From Patescibacteria group bacterium UBA1406 (lineage in GTDB: Bacteria; Patescibacteriota; Microgenomatia; UBA1406): a stretch of DNA of 64,000 bases. The DNA is taken from assembly GCA_002305675.1 (NCBI GenBank), contig DBQA01000007.1, forward strand, positions 46,653 to 110,652, given 5' to 3'. The notes under the pieces are model-generated. The model worked only from the letters and a program-made list of their open reading frames with translations, had not been told where the DNA came from and searched no databases. Numbering within the stretch: the first letter of the stretch is position 1; each line of letters starts with the position of its first letter. A program made the position numbers and the translations under genes. Shown piece after piece: positions 27,669 to 35,769 of this stretch.

Positions 27669-29525
27669 ATGGCTAAGAACAAGAAAAACATCAGGATAAA
27701 TGTAACGACTTTGTTCTTTTTTTTGATCGTCGGATTCTTCATTGTCTCCTTCTTCATAAGCGGTCGAGACTATATGGAACAGGCCGTTCCTGAAAAGCCC
27801 ATCTCAACGGTCTTGAGGGACATCAAGCAGAACCGGGTGGAGGAGTTGGAGGTGACCCAGGACGAGATAGTCGTCAGGTACAAGAACGACACTATGGCCC
27901 GCACTAGCAAAGAGCCCCAGTCATCGGTATTTGAGATTTTGGACCGGGCAGGCATCGATCCCCTGTCCGTCAATATTTCGACGGAGAACCCCTCGCAGTT
28001 CGGCTTCATCACCAACCTGGTCCTGAACGTCATCCCGACCATCCTCATGATCGCCTTTTTTGTTTTCCTGTTCCGGCAGGCCAGAGGGGCACAGGATTCG
28101 ATCTTTTCCTTCGGCCAGTCAAGGGCCAAGAAATTCACCAAAAGCAAGTCCAGCGTGACCTTCAAGGATGTGGCCGGCATCAAGGAGGCCAAAGAGGAAC
28201 TGTACGAAATGGTCGACTTCCTCAAGCACCCTGAGAAATACCGCCGCATCGGCGCCAGAACCCCCAAGGGTGTCATTTTGATCGGCCCGGCGGGCTGCGG
28301 AAAGACACTTCTCGCCAAGGCGGTGGCCGGAGAGGCGGGTGTGCCATTCTTTTCCATCGCCGGTTCTGAATTCATGGAAATGCTCGTCGGTATCGGGGCG
28401 GCCCGCGTCCGCGACCTCTTCAAGAACGCCAAGGCCAGTTCCCCGGCCATCATATTTATAGACGAGATCGATGCCGTCGGACGGATGCGCTCCGGCGGAG
28501 TGGTCGGCGGCCATGACGAACGGGAGCAGACCCTGAACCAGATCCTCGTGGAAATGGATGGCTTCGAACCGACCGAGAATGTGGTTGTCATCGCCGCCAC
28601 CAACAGGGGTGACCTTCTGGACCCGGCGCTTCTGAGGCCGGGTAGGTTCGACCGCCGCATCAGCGTGAACTATCCTGATCTTGAGGAACGCGAATCCATT
28701 CTCCGCCTGCATGCCCAGGGTAAACCTTTCGAGAATAACGTGGACTGGAAAAAGGTGGCCAAAAGGACCGTTGGTTTTTCCGGGGCGGACCTTGAGAACA
28801 TGTTGAACGAGGCAGCCATCCTGACTGCCCGCGAAGGGAAGAGAAAGATCACTCCTGATATCCTGGAGGAGTCCGCCACCAAGGTCAAGCTCGGCCCGGA
28901 AAAAAGGCGGATGCAAAGTGAAGAGGACAAGAAGCTGACCGCCTATCACGAGGCCGGGCACGCGGTCGTCAACTACAACCTGCCCCATATGGATCCGGTG
29001 CACCGCATTTCAATAGTTGCCCGGGGCATGTCTCTCGGACACACGCTCATCCCTCCCAAAAGGGACATCGTCCACGAAACCAAGACCCGCCTGATCGAAA
29101 AGATCACCTCCATGTTGGGCGGCCGGGCGGCGGAGGAGCTTGTTTTCAATGAGGTGACTACGGGCGCAGCCAACGACTTTACCCAGGCCACCACCCTGGC
29201 CAGGCAGATGGTGACCGAGTTCGGGATGAGCAAACTCGGCCACGTCAATTTCGGCGACTCTCTGGATGTCATCAACTGGAGCAGGTATGCCGACAAGGAG
29301 TCTGTTTCCCAGGAGACGCTGGCCAAAATTGATAATGAGGTCAGCCGCATCATCGAAGGGTGCTATGGCCTGGCCGTGGATATCCTGAGAAAGAACAGAA
29401 AAAGACTGGACGCGGTGGCCAAATCACTGGTGGAAAAGGAGAATCTTGACCAGGATGAATTCGAGTCGATCATGAAGGACGGGATAAGAAAGACCTACCG
29501 CAGCAAGCCCCTTCCCACGGCCTAA
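27669..29525 (+). CDS. ftsH: ATP-dependent zinc metalloprotease FtsH
   Basis: Two N-terminal TMs, Walker A GPAGCGKT, SRH region, HEAGHA zinc motif. Confidence 0.95.
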   Translation: MAKNKKNIRINVTTLFFFLIVGFFIVSFFISGRDYMEQAVPEKPISTVLRDIKQNRVEELEVTQDEIVVRYKNDTMARTSKEPQSSVFEILDRAGIDPLSVNISTENPSQFGFITNLVLNVIPTILMIAFFVFLFRQARGAQDSIFSFGQSRAKKFTKSKSSVTFKDVAGIKEAKEELYEMVDFLKHPEKYRRIGARTPKGVILIGPAGCGKTLLAKAVAGEAGVPFFSIAGSEFMEMLVGIGAARVRDLFKNAKASSPAIIFIDEIDAVGRMRSGGVVGGHDEREQTLNQILVEMDGFEPTENVVVIAATNRGDLLDPALLRPGRFDRRISVNYPDLEERESILRLHAQGKPFENNVDWKKVAKRTVGFSGADLENMLNEAAILTAREGKRKITPDILEESATKVKLGPEKRRMQSEEDKKLTAYHEAGHAVVNYNLPHMDPVHRISIVARGMSLGHTLIPPKRDIVHETKTRLIEKITSMLGGRAAEELVFNEVTTGAANDFTQATTLARQMVTEFGMSKLGHVNFGDSLDVINWSRYADKESVSQETLAKIDNEVSRIIEGCYGLAVDILRKNRKRLDAVAKSLVEKENLDQDEFESIMKDGIRKTYRSKPLPTA

Positions 29526-29538
29526 GCCAGGCTACCTG

Positions 29539-31227
29539 TTACATCCTCTCGACAGCTTTGATACCCAGAAGATACAGGCCGTTCTGGATGACCTGGGCTA
29601 CCCCGGCGGTCAGTTCCAGTCGGAAACGGTTGCCGATAACCTGGTGCTTGCTGTAGAAATTGTTGAAAGCTTGAGCCAGTTCATTGAGATAGCCGGCAAT
29701 ATAATTTGGCGAATATTTAAGGATGGTGTCCTCCACCACTTCGGGGAACTGGTATAGTTTTTTGAGAAGGTCCGACTCCTCTTTCGCTAAGCTTGCTTCC
29801 TGACTGCCGGCCTCTTTGCCTTCCTCCGACTTTCTCAAAATGCTCTTTGCCCTGGCGTATGTATATTGGAGATAGGGTCCGGAGTCGCCGGAAAAGGAAA
29901 CGCTGGCATCGATATCGAACGCCAGATATTTGAAGGGGCTCATCCTCAGGTAGGCGTACTTGATGGCCGCCACTGCGATGTCGCTGATCGCTTCCTCCGT
30001 CAGTTCGGTCCGGTTTTTCTCCACGATGTCCTCGATCCTTCCCTCTGCCTCGTCCAATATCGCTTCGGCCGGCACCACCTGACCTGTCCGAGAGGACATC
30101 TTCCCCTTCTTCAGTCCGACGAACTCGTAGGCATTGTGGTAATTCACCCCTTTGAAAAGATCCGGGTCCAACAGTTCCTCAACTTTATAGACAACCTTGA
30201 AAAAGCTTATCTGTTCCACTGCCACGTTGTTGACATGCTGGTCAAGCTTCCCGTATTCCTGATGCTTCAGGTACACGAGGCCTAGTTCCTTGCCCTCGTA
30301 GGTCAGATGTCCCTGTTTGTTCAGAAACACTCTTGTGTCCAGTCCGTACATGTCGCCGGGAAACACCACCGCCCCCTGGCTTTTGACCAGTATGCCTTTG
30401 TCCAGAGCTTCTTTCACTTTCCGCATCCCGAGCTCCAGGGTCTCGCTTTCCAGGTACTCCCGGTCAAAATGGGTATAGAGACGGTTATAGACCTCGCGGA
30501 ATTTGTCCAGGCTCCACTCCCTGCCCAGGTTCCAATAGCGGATGACTTTCTTGTCCGACTGTTCATAGATCTGTCTGTTGACCGTCTGGATCTCCTCTTT
30601 TGCCTGTTCGTCCTCCTCATAGGCTTTGGCCCCCTCGGCATAGCACTTGCCCAATAGCCCCACTCTCTTGTCGGTTTCCCGGGGCAGTTTTTCTTCAGGG
30701 ATCCGGGCCAGTGCCCAGACGCATTTGGCCACATGCATCCCTACATCCCCCTGATAATTGGCCCGGATGACCGTTGCCCCCTGGGCTTCGAAAAGCCTGA
30801 CGAGCGATTCCCCAAGGATGATGTTCCTCAGATGGCCGATGTGCATGATCTTGAACGGATTGGGGTGGGCATATTCGATCATGACCTTCTGTCCTTGGTA
30901 CAGAAGTCCCCGCCCGTATCTTTCCTGATCGGCCAGTATCCGGGCCAGGTTTTGCCGAAGAATGGTTTCCTTTAGGAAGAAGTTCAGGTATCCAGAATTT
31001 GCCACCTCCACTGCCGAAAGCATCTCGGGTTTCTGGCCTTCAATTCTGCCTTTCAGCTCCCCGGCTATCTCCCGGGGGCTTTTCTTCATTTCCCTGGCAA
31101 GCCTCATGGCGATATTAGTGGAATAGTCGCCGTGTTCCGACAGGTCGGGAGTGAAAACTTCAATCAGGGGGTGGTATTTTTTCTCCACCGCCGACCGCAG
31201 GTATTTTAGGATTTGGCCTTTGTGCAT
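29539..31227 (-). CDS. argS: arginine--tRNA ligase
   Basis: HIGHLRN (the HIGH motif), MSSRTGQ (KMSK-like), a DALR anticodon-binding C-terminus, and the typical terminal Met. Confidence 0.92.
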   Translation of the reverse strand: MHKGQILKYLRSAVEKKYHPLIEVFTPDLSEHGDYSTNIAMRLAREMKKSPREIAGELKGRIEGQKPEMLSAVEVANSGYLNFFLKETILRQNLARILADQERYGRGLLYQGQKVMIEYAHPNPFKIMHIGHLRNIILGESLVRLFEAQGATVIRANYQGDVGMHVAKCVWALARIPEEKLPRETDKRVGLLGKCYAEGAKAYEEDEQAKEEIQTVNRQIYEQSDKKVIRYWNLGREWSLDKFREVYNRLYTHFDREYLESETLELGMRKVKEALDKGILVKSQGAVVFPGDMYGLDTRVFLNKQGHLTYEGKELGLVYLKHQEYGKLDQHVNNVAVEQISFFKVVYKVEELLDPDLFKGVNYHNAYEFVGLKKGKMSSRTGQVVPAEAILDEAEGRIEDIVEKNRTELTEEAISDIAVAAIKYAYLRMSPFKYLAFDIDASVSFSGDSGPYLQYTYARAKSILRKSEEGKEAGSQEASLAKEESDLLKKLYQFPEVVEDTILKYSPNYIAGYLNELAQAFNNFYSKHQVIGNRFRLELTAGVAQVIQNGLYLLGIKAVERM

Positions 31228-31235
31228 AATGAAAA

Positions 31236-32585
31236 TTATATCAACTTTTGCACCATTTGCTCATGGAGCTCTTTTGCCCGGGCCATTGAGTGGCCATTGC
31301 CATAGCTGACCGCCGTCAGGTGCAGGGCATATCCGTAAGGAAGGACGTCCGGATTTGATAACAATCCAAACGCCCCGAGCCGCCGGCTTTCCACAGAGCC
31401 GGGATCAAGGATATCCGAAAGGCACGTGCTTGCCTCCTGAAAGCTCATCCGCTGTCTGCCCAGGCTCTCCAGTGGAACGTTCAGATGGTACCAGGAATGC
31501 CCATGCTCGCCGAGATTCTGCGCCTCCAGGACCCGGACGACAAAATGCTTGATAAAGTCAAGCGCCCCGGGACGGGTGTTGTCCTCGATGAAATAGACTT
31601 CCCCACCGGGAGCATACAGAAAGTCAAAACAATGGAAGCCTGTCGCCCCCGTCCGCTTCAGACCGGGTACGATCCGATCTTGAGCAACATCTATAGCTAC
31701 CTTCATCGGGCCATTGGACTGGTCAAAAGGAAAATAACCGCCCACATAGCTACCCCGGTGGGCAATCTGGCCGAGGATCTCGGGTGGATAGACCACCTTC
31801 CCCGTTTGGTCAAGGAACAGGTGCAGGGAGGCCTCCGGAAGTTTGAGCTTCTCTTCGACCACATAAGGTGGATGTGACGGCGACAGATGGCTCTCCAAAA
31901 ATCCGGCCAATTCCGTGGTGCCAAGGGACTGCCACGACTCCCGGCGCAAACTGACATTGCTGCCAAGCTCCTCACCGCCGGTGCCGGCGGATGCCTTCAC
32001 TATCACATCCTTCCCCAGGCTCTGTGCAAACTCCCAGACCTCGGTGGCCGAATTGGCGATAAAACCTGCCGGCATGGGAACACCGTACTCCTCACCGAAA
32101 CTGCGAAAGCCTGTTTTGGTACCTATGTTCTCGGCCGCGGAGAGATCGGCGATATAGGTCGGATTTCCTAGTTTCTGGGCCAGGGTGATCTCGTCAGGGG
32201 ACAGATTGAAAAACTGGATTCTGGCCCCGCGCTTGCCAATATAGTATTTAAGGTAGTCCGTGACCGAAATGCCTGGTCCGTGGTCCACCATCGCGTTCAG
32301 GCTCAAGGTATCCGACCGGAAATTAGGGACGCTGACAATTTTGGGTAGGGAAAGTTTCAGGCTGTCCAGGTATTGCCAGTATCCCCGGTCTATCGGGTAA
32401 TCGGTCAAGACTAGGTCACCCTCTTTGGCCATCAGATACATACGGTAAAACCGCTGCTCCGCTTCGATGCCCCGCAAAGGGGAGGTCGACTGGGAGTCTA
32501 TGACCACCGTCGGTCCGGGAAATCCCCACGTCTTTTTTTCCGGTAGGCAGACGGTTTCGTTCTGAGGTCTGGTTTGTTCGTTCAT
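31236..32585 (-). CDS. ATP-grasp fold protein (candidate amino-acid/peptide ligase), substrate unknown
   Basis: VIVKASAGTGGEELG (P-loop-like ATP-grasp motif) and YFIEDNTRPG (Mg/ATP site). 8 nt upstream of argS on the same strand. Confidence 0.6.
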   Translation of the reverse strand: MNEQTRPQNETVCLPEKKTWGFPGPTVVIDSQSTSPLRGIEAEQRFYRMYLMAKEGDLVLTDYPIDRGYWQYLDSLKLSLPKIVSVPNFRSDTLSLNAMVDHGPGISVTDYLKYYIGKRGARIQFFNLSPDEITLAQKLGNPTYIADLSAAENIGTKTGFRSFGEEYGVPMPAGFIANSATEVWEFAQSLGKDVIVKASAGTGGEELGSNVSLRRESWQSLGTTELAGFLESHLSPSHPPYVVEEKLKLPEASLHLFLDQTGKVVYPPEILGQIAHRGSYVGGYFPFDQSNGPMKVAIDVAQDRIVPGLKRTGATGFHCFDFLYAPGGEVYFIEDNTRPGALDFIKHFVVRVLEAQNLGEHGHSWYHLNVPLESLGRQRMSFQEASTCLSDILDPGSVESRRLGAFGLLSNPDVLPYGYALHLTAVSYGNGHSMARAKELHEQMVQKLI

Positions 32586-32610
32586 TTTGTTTTATTTATT
32601 TTTAACCAAT

Positions 32611-32636
32611 AAAAAACCCCGGCATGATGGCCGGGG
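32611..32636 (-). terminator. intrinsic terminator between PBP1A and the ATP-grasp gene (also a possible attenuator)
   Basis: On the minus strand CCCCGGC-CATCAT-GCCGGGG (32636-32617) is followed by TTTTTT. The ATP-grasp ATG is 25 nt downstream. Confidence 0.7.
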
Positions 32637-32664
32637 AAAGTAACGGGCTTTATAAACTCACTTT

Positions 32665-32739
32665 TCAGGCATAAAACCCATTACCCTCCCAAGAGTTCCG
32701 CCTCGAAACGGGTCTGGTTAAAGATAACGGGTTTTCCAT
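32665..32739 (-). CDS. candidate 24-codon leader ORF (MENPLSLTRPVSRRNSWEGNGFYA*)
   Basis: Hand-read. It starts 10 nt after TGcTATAAT and contains tandem Arg codons AGG CGG. It ends about 28 nt before the terminator stem. Confidence 0.3.
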   Translation of the reverse strand: MENPLSLTRPVSRRNSWEGNGFYA

Positions 32740-32749
32740 ATAATCTGCT

Positions 32750-32758
32750 ATTATAGCA
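32750..32758 (-). promoter_or_regulatory. extended -10 (TGcTATAAT) immediately after the PBP1A stop
   Basis: The minus strand reads tgTGCTATAATagcagattatATG. Confidence 0.45.
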
Positions 32759-32763
32759 CAAAT

Positions 32764-34977
32764 TCAGCGGGCTTTGTTGATGGTCGGGGTAACCCTGAAG
32801 GTGGAACAGTTCACTGCCTTGGCCGTGCCGATAACGAAGTATTCCGGCCGGCCGTAATAACAAACCTTCTTTTCCAGATTGCGGGGAATGTAGAGCTCTT
32901 CGTCCAGGTATTCTTTGCTGACAAGCTCCTCGATGATCTTTCGCCAAATCGGGGCGGCGCCTGTTATGCCCGAGGTCAGGGAGGGGTGCATCGGCTGGTT
33001 GTCGTTGTTGCCTACCCACACTCCGACCAGGACATCGGCATGCCGGTTTTTCAAGGTCGGCCGGGTGAAACCGATGGTCCAGTTGTCCTTTTTCTCATCG
33101 GTAGTGCCCGTTTTGACGGAGAGATGAGAATTCCCGAAGTTCAGGGGCGAATTCGGCCCAAAAGCCCAGCTTCTGGCCACATTATCTGCCAGTATGTCCG
33201 AAACGATAAACGGCTCCTCCTCGTTTATCACCCTCGTTCCCTTAGTTTTTCTTTCATAGATAACTTCGCCCCTGTCGTTCTCTATCCTTAGGATAGGGTT
33301 CAGGTCGACCCGTACCCCAAGGTTTCTGATGGAACCGAAAGCGGTGGCCATCTCAAGCATCGTCACTTCCCCCCCGCCCAAGGTCAAGGAGAGTCCGTAC
33401 CTGTCCCTGTTCTCGGACCAATTTTCGACACCGAGCTTTTTGGCAAAGCTGATGAGGTTGTCGACCCCGATCTCCTGTAGAACCTTGACCGCCGGCACAT
33501 TATAAGAGTTCGCCAGTGCATACCGCAGGGGAATGGGACCATGAAAACTGTTATCATAATTGACCGGACGATAGGGCTCGGCCCCTTCCGCGCCAAAGAC
33601 TGTCGGAGTGTCCAAAATGATACTGGCCGCGCTCATTCCCTGCTTCAGGGCTAAAGTGTAGGTTAGGGGCTTGACCGAACTCCCCGGCTGCCTGGCGGCT
33701 GTGGTGACGTTGAATGCCCCCGACCGGCCATCGAAAAAGTCCCGCGAGCCGACCATCGCCAGTATTTCCCCTGTTGACGGTCGGGTCACGAGCACGGACC
33801 CGTTACCAACGTTCATGCTCTCGATTTTGGAAAGTTCCTCGTTCAGCACCTTTTCGGCCTCCTGCTGAATCTTGTAGTCCAGGGTGGTATAGACCTTCAG
33901 CCCTCCCCCCTGGACCATTTTCTGGCCATATTCTTCCTCCAGGAGGTTCTTGACGTAAAAAACGAAATGGGGGGCAAGTACCCGGGTACTGGGGCTTTTA
34001 AAATCGACATTCGTTCTAATCGCCCTGTCATATTCCTCTTTTTTAATATATCCCTCGTCATACATATTTCTCAGGACGGATCTTTGCCTGTTGAGAGCTG
34101 CCTTGGGATTGATATAAGGGGAATAGGCAGAAGGCGCCTGTGGCAAACCGGCCAGGAAGGCCGCCTCCGAGAGCGTCAGCCGACCGGCGCTCTTACCGAA
34201 ATACATTTTGGAGGCTTCCTCTATCCCCCAAGCAGTTCCCCCATAAGGCACCTGGTTCAGGTACATCTCCAGGATCTCGTCCTTGCTGTATTTTTTTTCC
34301 ACCAAGAGAGCCAGAATGATTTCCCTGACCTTTCGGGCAATAGTCCGCTCTGGCGTGAGGAGCGAACTTTTGACCAACTGCTGCGTGATAGTCGAGCCGC
34401 CCTGGAGTTTTTTCTGGAGGGCCGTCTCCTTGACCGCCCTCAATATGCCTCCGAACAGGGACACGCCATTATGCCGGTAAAAATCCTTGTCCTCGATGGC
34501 GATGGTTGCCCATCTCACATAGGACGGGAGAGTGGCCAGCTTGACGGGGGTGCGGTTCTCCTCCCGGAAGATCTCATACAGGAGCTTGTCGTCCCGGGAA
34601 AGGATATGTGTTGACAGCGAGGACCGGTAGTTCTCCACCATGGTCGGGTTGGGCAGGTTCTCGATAAAATCCAGGCTGGATTTCAATGACAGCATGAGGA
34701 TAGCCACCAGAAAACCGAAGGCAAAATACTTGATCCGGTAAAAAAGGAGGTAATGGTTCAGGGAGAAGAATTTCTGTTTCCGCTTAGGCCTTTTCCTGAA
34801 AAGCGTCCAGGAGAGCCTGGACAGTGGGTGCAGGATGGCCCCGAAGATAACAGTCAACAGCTCCCGCAGTTTATACAGCAACCAGAAAACGAGCGCCATC
34901 ACTTTGTCGATAAACATCAGGAATAGGTTCCCTGTTTTAATGCAAAGCTTAATAAAGACAATGATGGCCTTCTCCAT
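32764..34977 (-). CDS. class A penicillin-binding protein (transglycosylase + transpeptidase)
   Basis: GT51 motifs AIEDKDFYRHNG and GGSTITQQL. Transpeptidase motifs SSVKP (SxxK), SYN (SxN) and KTGTT. Confidence 0.92.
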   Translation of the reverse strand: MEKAIIVFIKLCIKTGNLFLMFIDKVMALVFWLLYKLRELLTVIFGAILHPLSRLSWTLFRKRPKRKQKFFSLNHYLLFYRIKYFAFGFLVAILMLSLKSSLDFIENLPNPTMVENYRSSLSTHILSRDDKLLYEIFREENRTPVKLATLPSYVRWATIAIEDKDFYRHNGVSLFGGILRAVKETALQKKLQGGSTITQQLVKSSLLTPERTIARKVREIILALLVEKKYSKDEILEMYLNQVPYGGTAWGIEEASKMYFGKSAGRLTLSEAAFLAGLPQAPSAYSPYINPKAALNRQRSVLRNMYDEGYIKKEEYDRAIRTNVDFKSPSTRVLAPHFVFYVKNLLEEEYGQKMVQGGGLKVYTTLDYKIQQEAEKVLNEELSKIESMNVGNGSVLVTRPSTGEILAMVGSRDFFDGRSGAFNVTTAARQPGSSVKPLTYTLALKQGMSAASIILDTPTVFGAEGAEPYRPVNYDNSFHGPIPLRYALANSYNVPAVKVLQEIGVDNLISFAKKLGVENWSENRDRYGLSLTLGGGEVTMLEMATAFGSIRNLGVRVDLNPILRIENDRGEVIYERKTKGTRVINEEEPFIVSDILADNVARSWAFGPNSPLNFGNSHLSVKTGTTDEKKDNWTIGFTRPTLKNRHADVLVGVWVGNNDNQPMHPSLTSGITGAAPIWRKIIEELVSKEYLDEELYIPRNLEKKVCYYGRPEYFVIGTAKAVNCSTFRVTPTINKAR

Positions 34978-35032
34978 TAAAAAAGCGGGCGCGCTGGTAA
35001 CGCAGCAATTCTATCATTTTTTATAGGATAAT

Positions 35033-35767
35033 TCAAAGCTTAATGAGCTTGGCCTTGACAACCAGCCGTTTCCAGTAGGTGCCGGGGGGGACGCAGGTGA
35101 TGAGCGAAATAACTGACTCGTCGGCTTTTTCGTCTAAAACCCAGACCTCATCGGGATCCACCACGAACATATCATAAACCACATACTCATAAGAAAAATT
35201 ATTGATATTGATTTTAATCTTATCGCCTCGCTCTATAGTAGGCAGGTAGGTGAAGATCGACTTGTAGTCGTCGTCCTTATAAAGCTGCGGAAGAGTAGAA
35301 TGTCCAAGGATGGTGGCGTTACCAATCTCACCCGGCATTACCCGATCCCCGTACTGCACCAAAGTTTTTGCTAGATCCTCACCTCCTACGACCACTTTAG
35401 CCTCATTGATCCCAAGCCTGGGAATGGACACCCGGTATTCCGTGACCTTCCCTTTCCGGCTAAGGGTCTGCGGTTTTTTGGGGAACCAGTCCGCCACCTG
35501 CGTGAAGTCCTTGAGGTAGCTCGAGTAATAGGGAGCACTCTCTTCATTGTAAACCTTCAGGCCTTTCTGGAGCGAAGAAGCGAGTACAGATGGCGGCAGG
35601 GGGCTGACATCCTTGCGGAGGGCGAGCATATTGCCTATCTGGTAAATAGCTATGGGGTAGAAGGCCCACAACAAAGTGAGCGTGCCGATGACCAGGGAGA
35701 TGGTGGAGAACATGACTATCTTCGGGTGGCGCTTTTTAGAGTTTTTTTTTACGTAAACGTACCTCAT
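35033..35767 (-). CDS. sortase-family transpeptidase
   Basis: An N-terminal TM, the catalytic His in ATILGHST, Cys in SLITCVPPG and Arg in KRLVV. Confidence 0.8.
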   Translation of the reverse strand: MRYVYVKKNSKKRHPKIVMFSTISLVIGTLTLLWAFYPIAIYQIGNMLALRKDVSPLPPSVLASSLQKGLKVYNEESAPYYSSYLKDFTQVADWFPKKPQTLSRKGKVTEYRVSIPRLGINEAKVVVGGEDLAKTLVQYGDRVMPGEIGNATILGHSTLPQLYKDDDYKSIFTYLPTIERGDKIKININNFSYEYVVYDMFVVDPDEVWVLDEKADESVISLITCVPPGTYWKRLVVKAKLIKL

Positions 35768-35769
35768 TC

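Noticed and set aside
27770-29353. Minus-strand ORFs of 296, 294, 126 aa and others opposite ftsH.
   Set aside because: Shadow ORFs. FtsH motifs are complete on the plus strand.
32607-32760. The possibility that the argS-operon leader is a T-box riboswitch.
   Set aside because: The leader is only about 130 nt. I could not find the T-box consensus (..GGGUGGNACCGCG..) or a specifier-loop/Stem I architecture. The closest string is GGGAGGGUAAUGGG. I keep it as a generic attenuator candidate instead.
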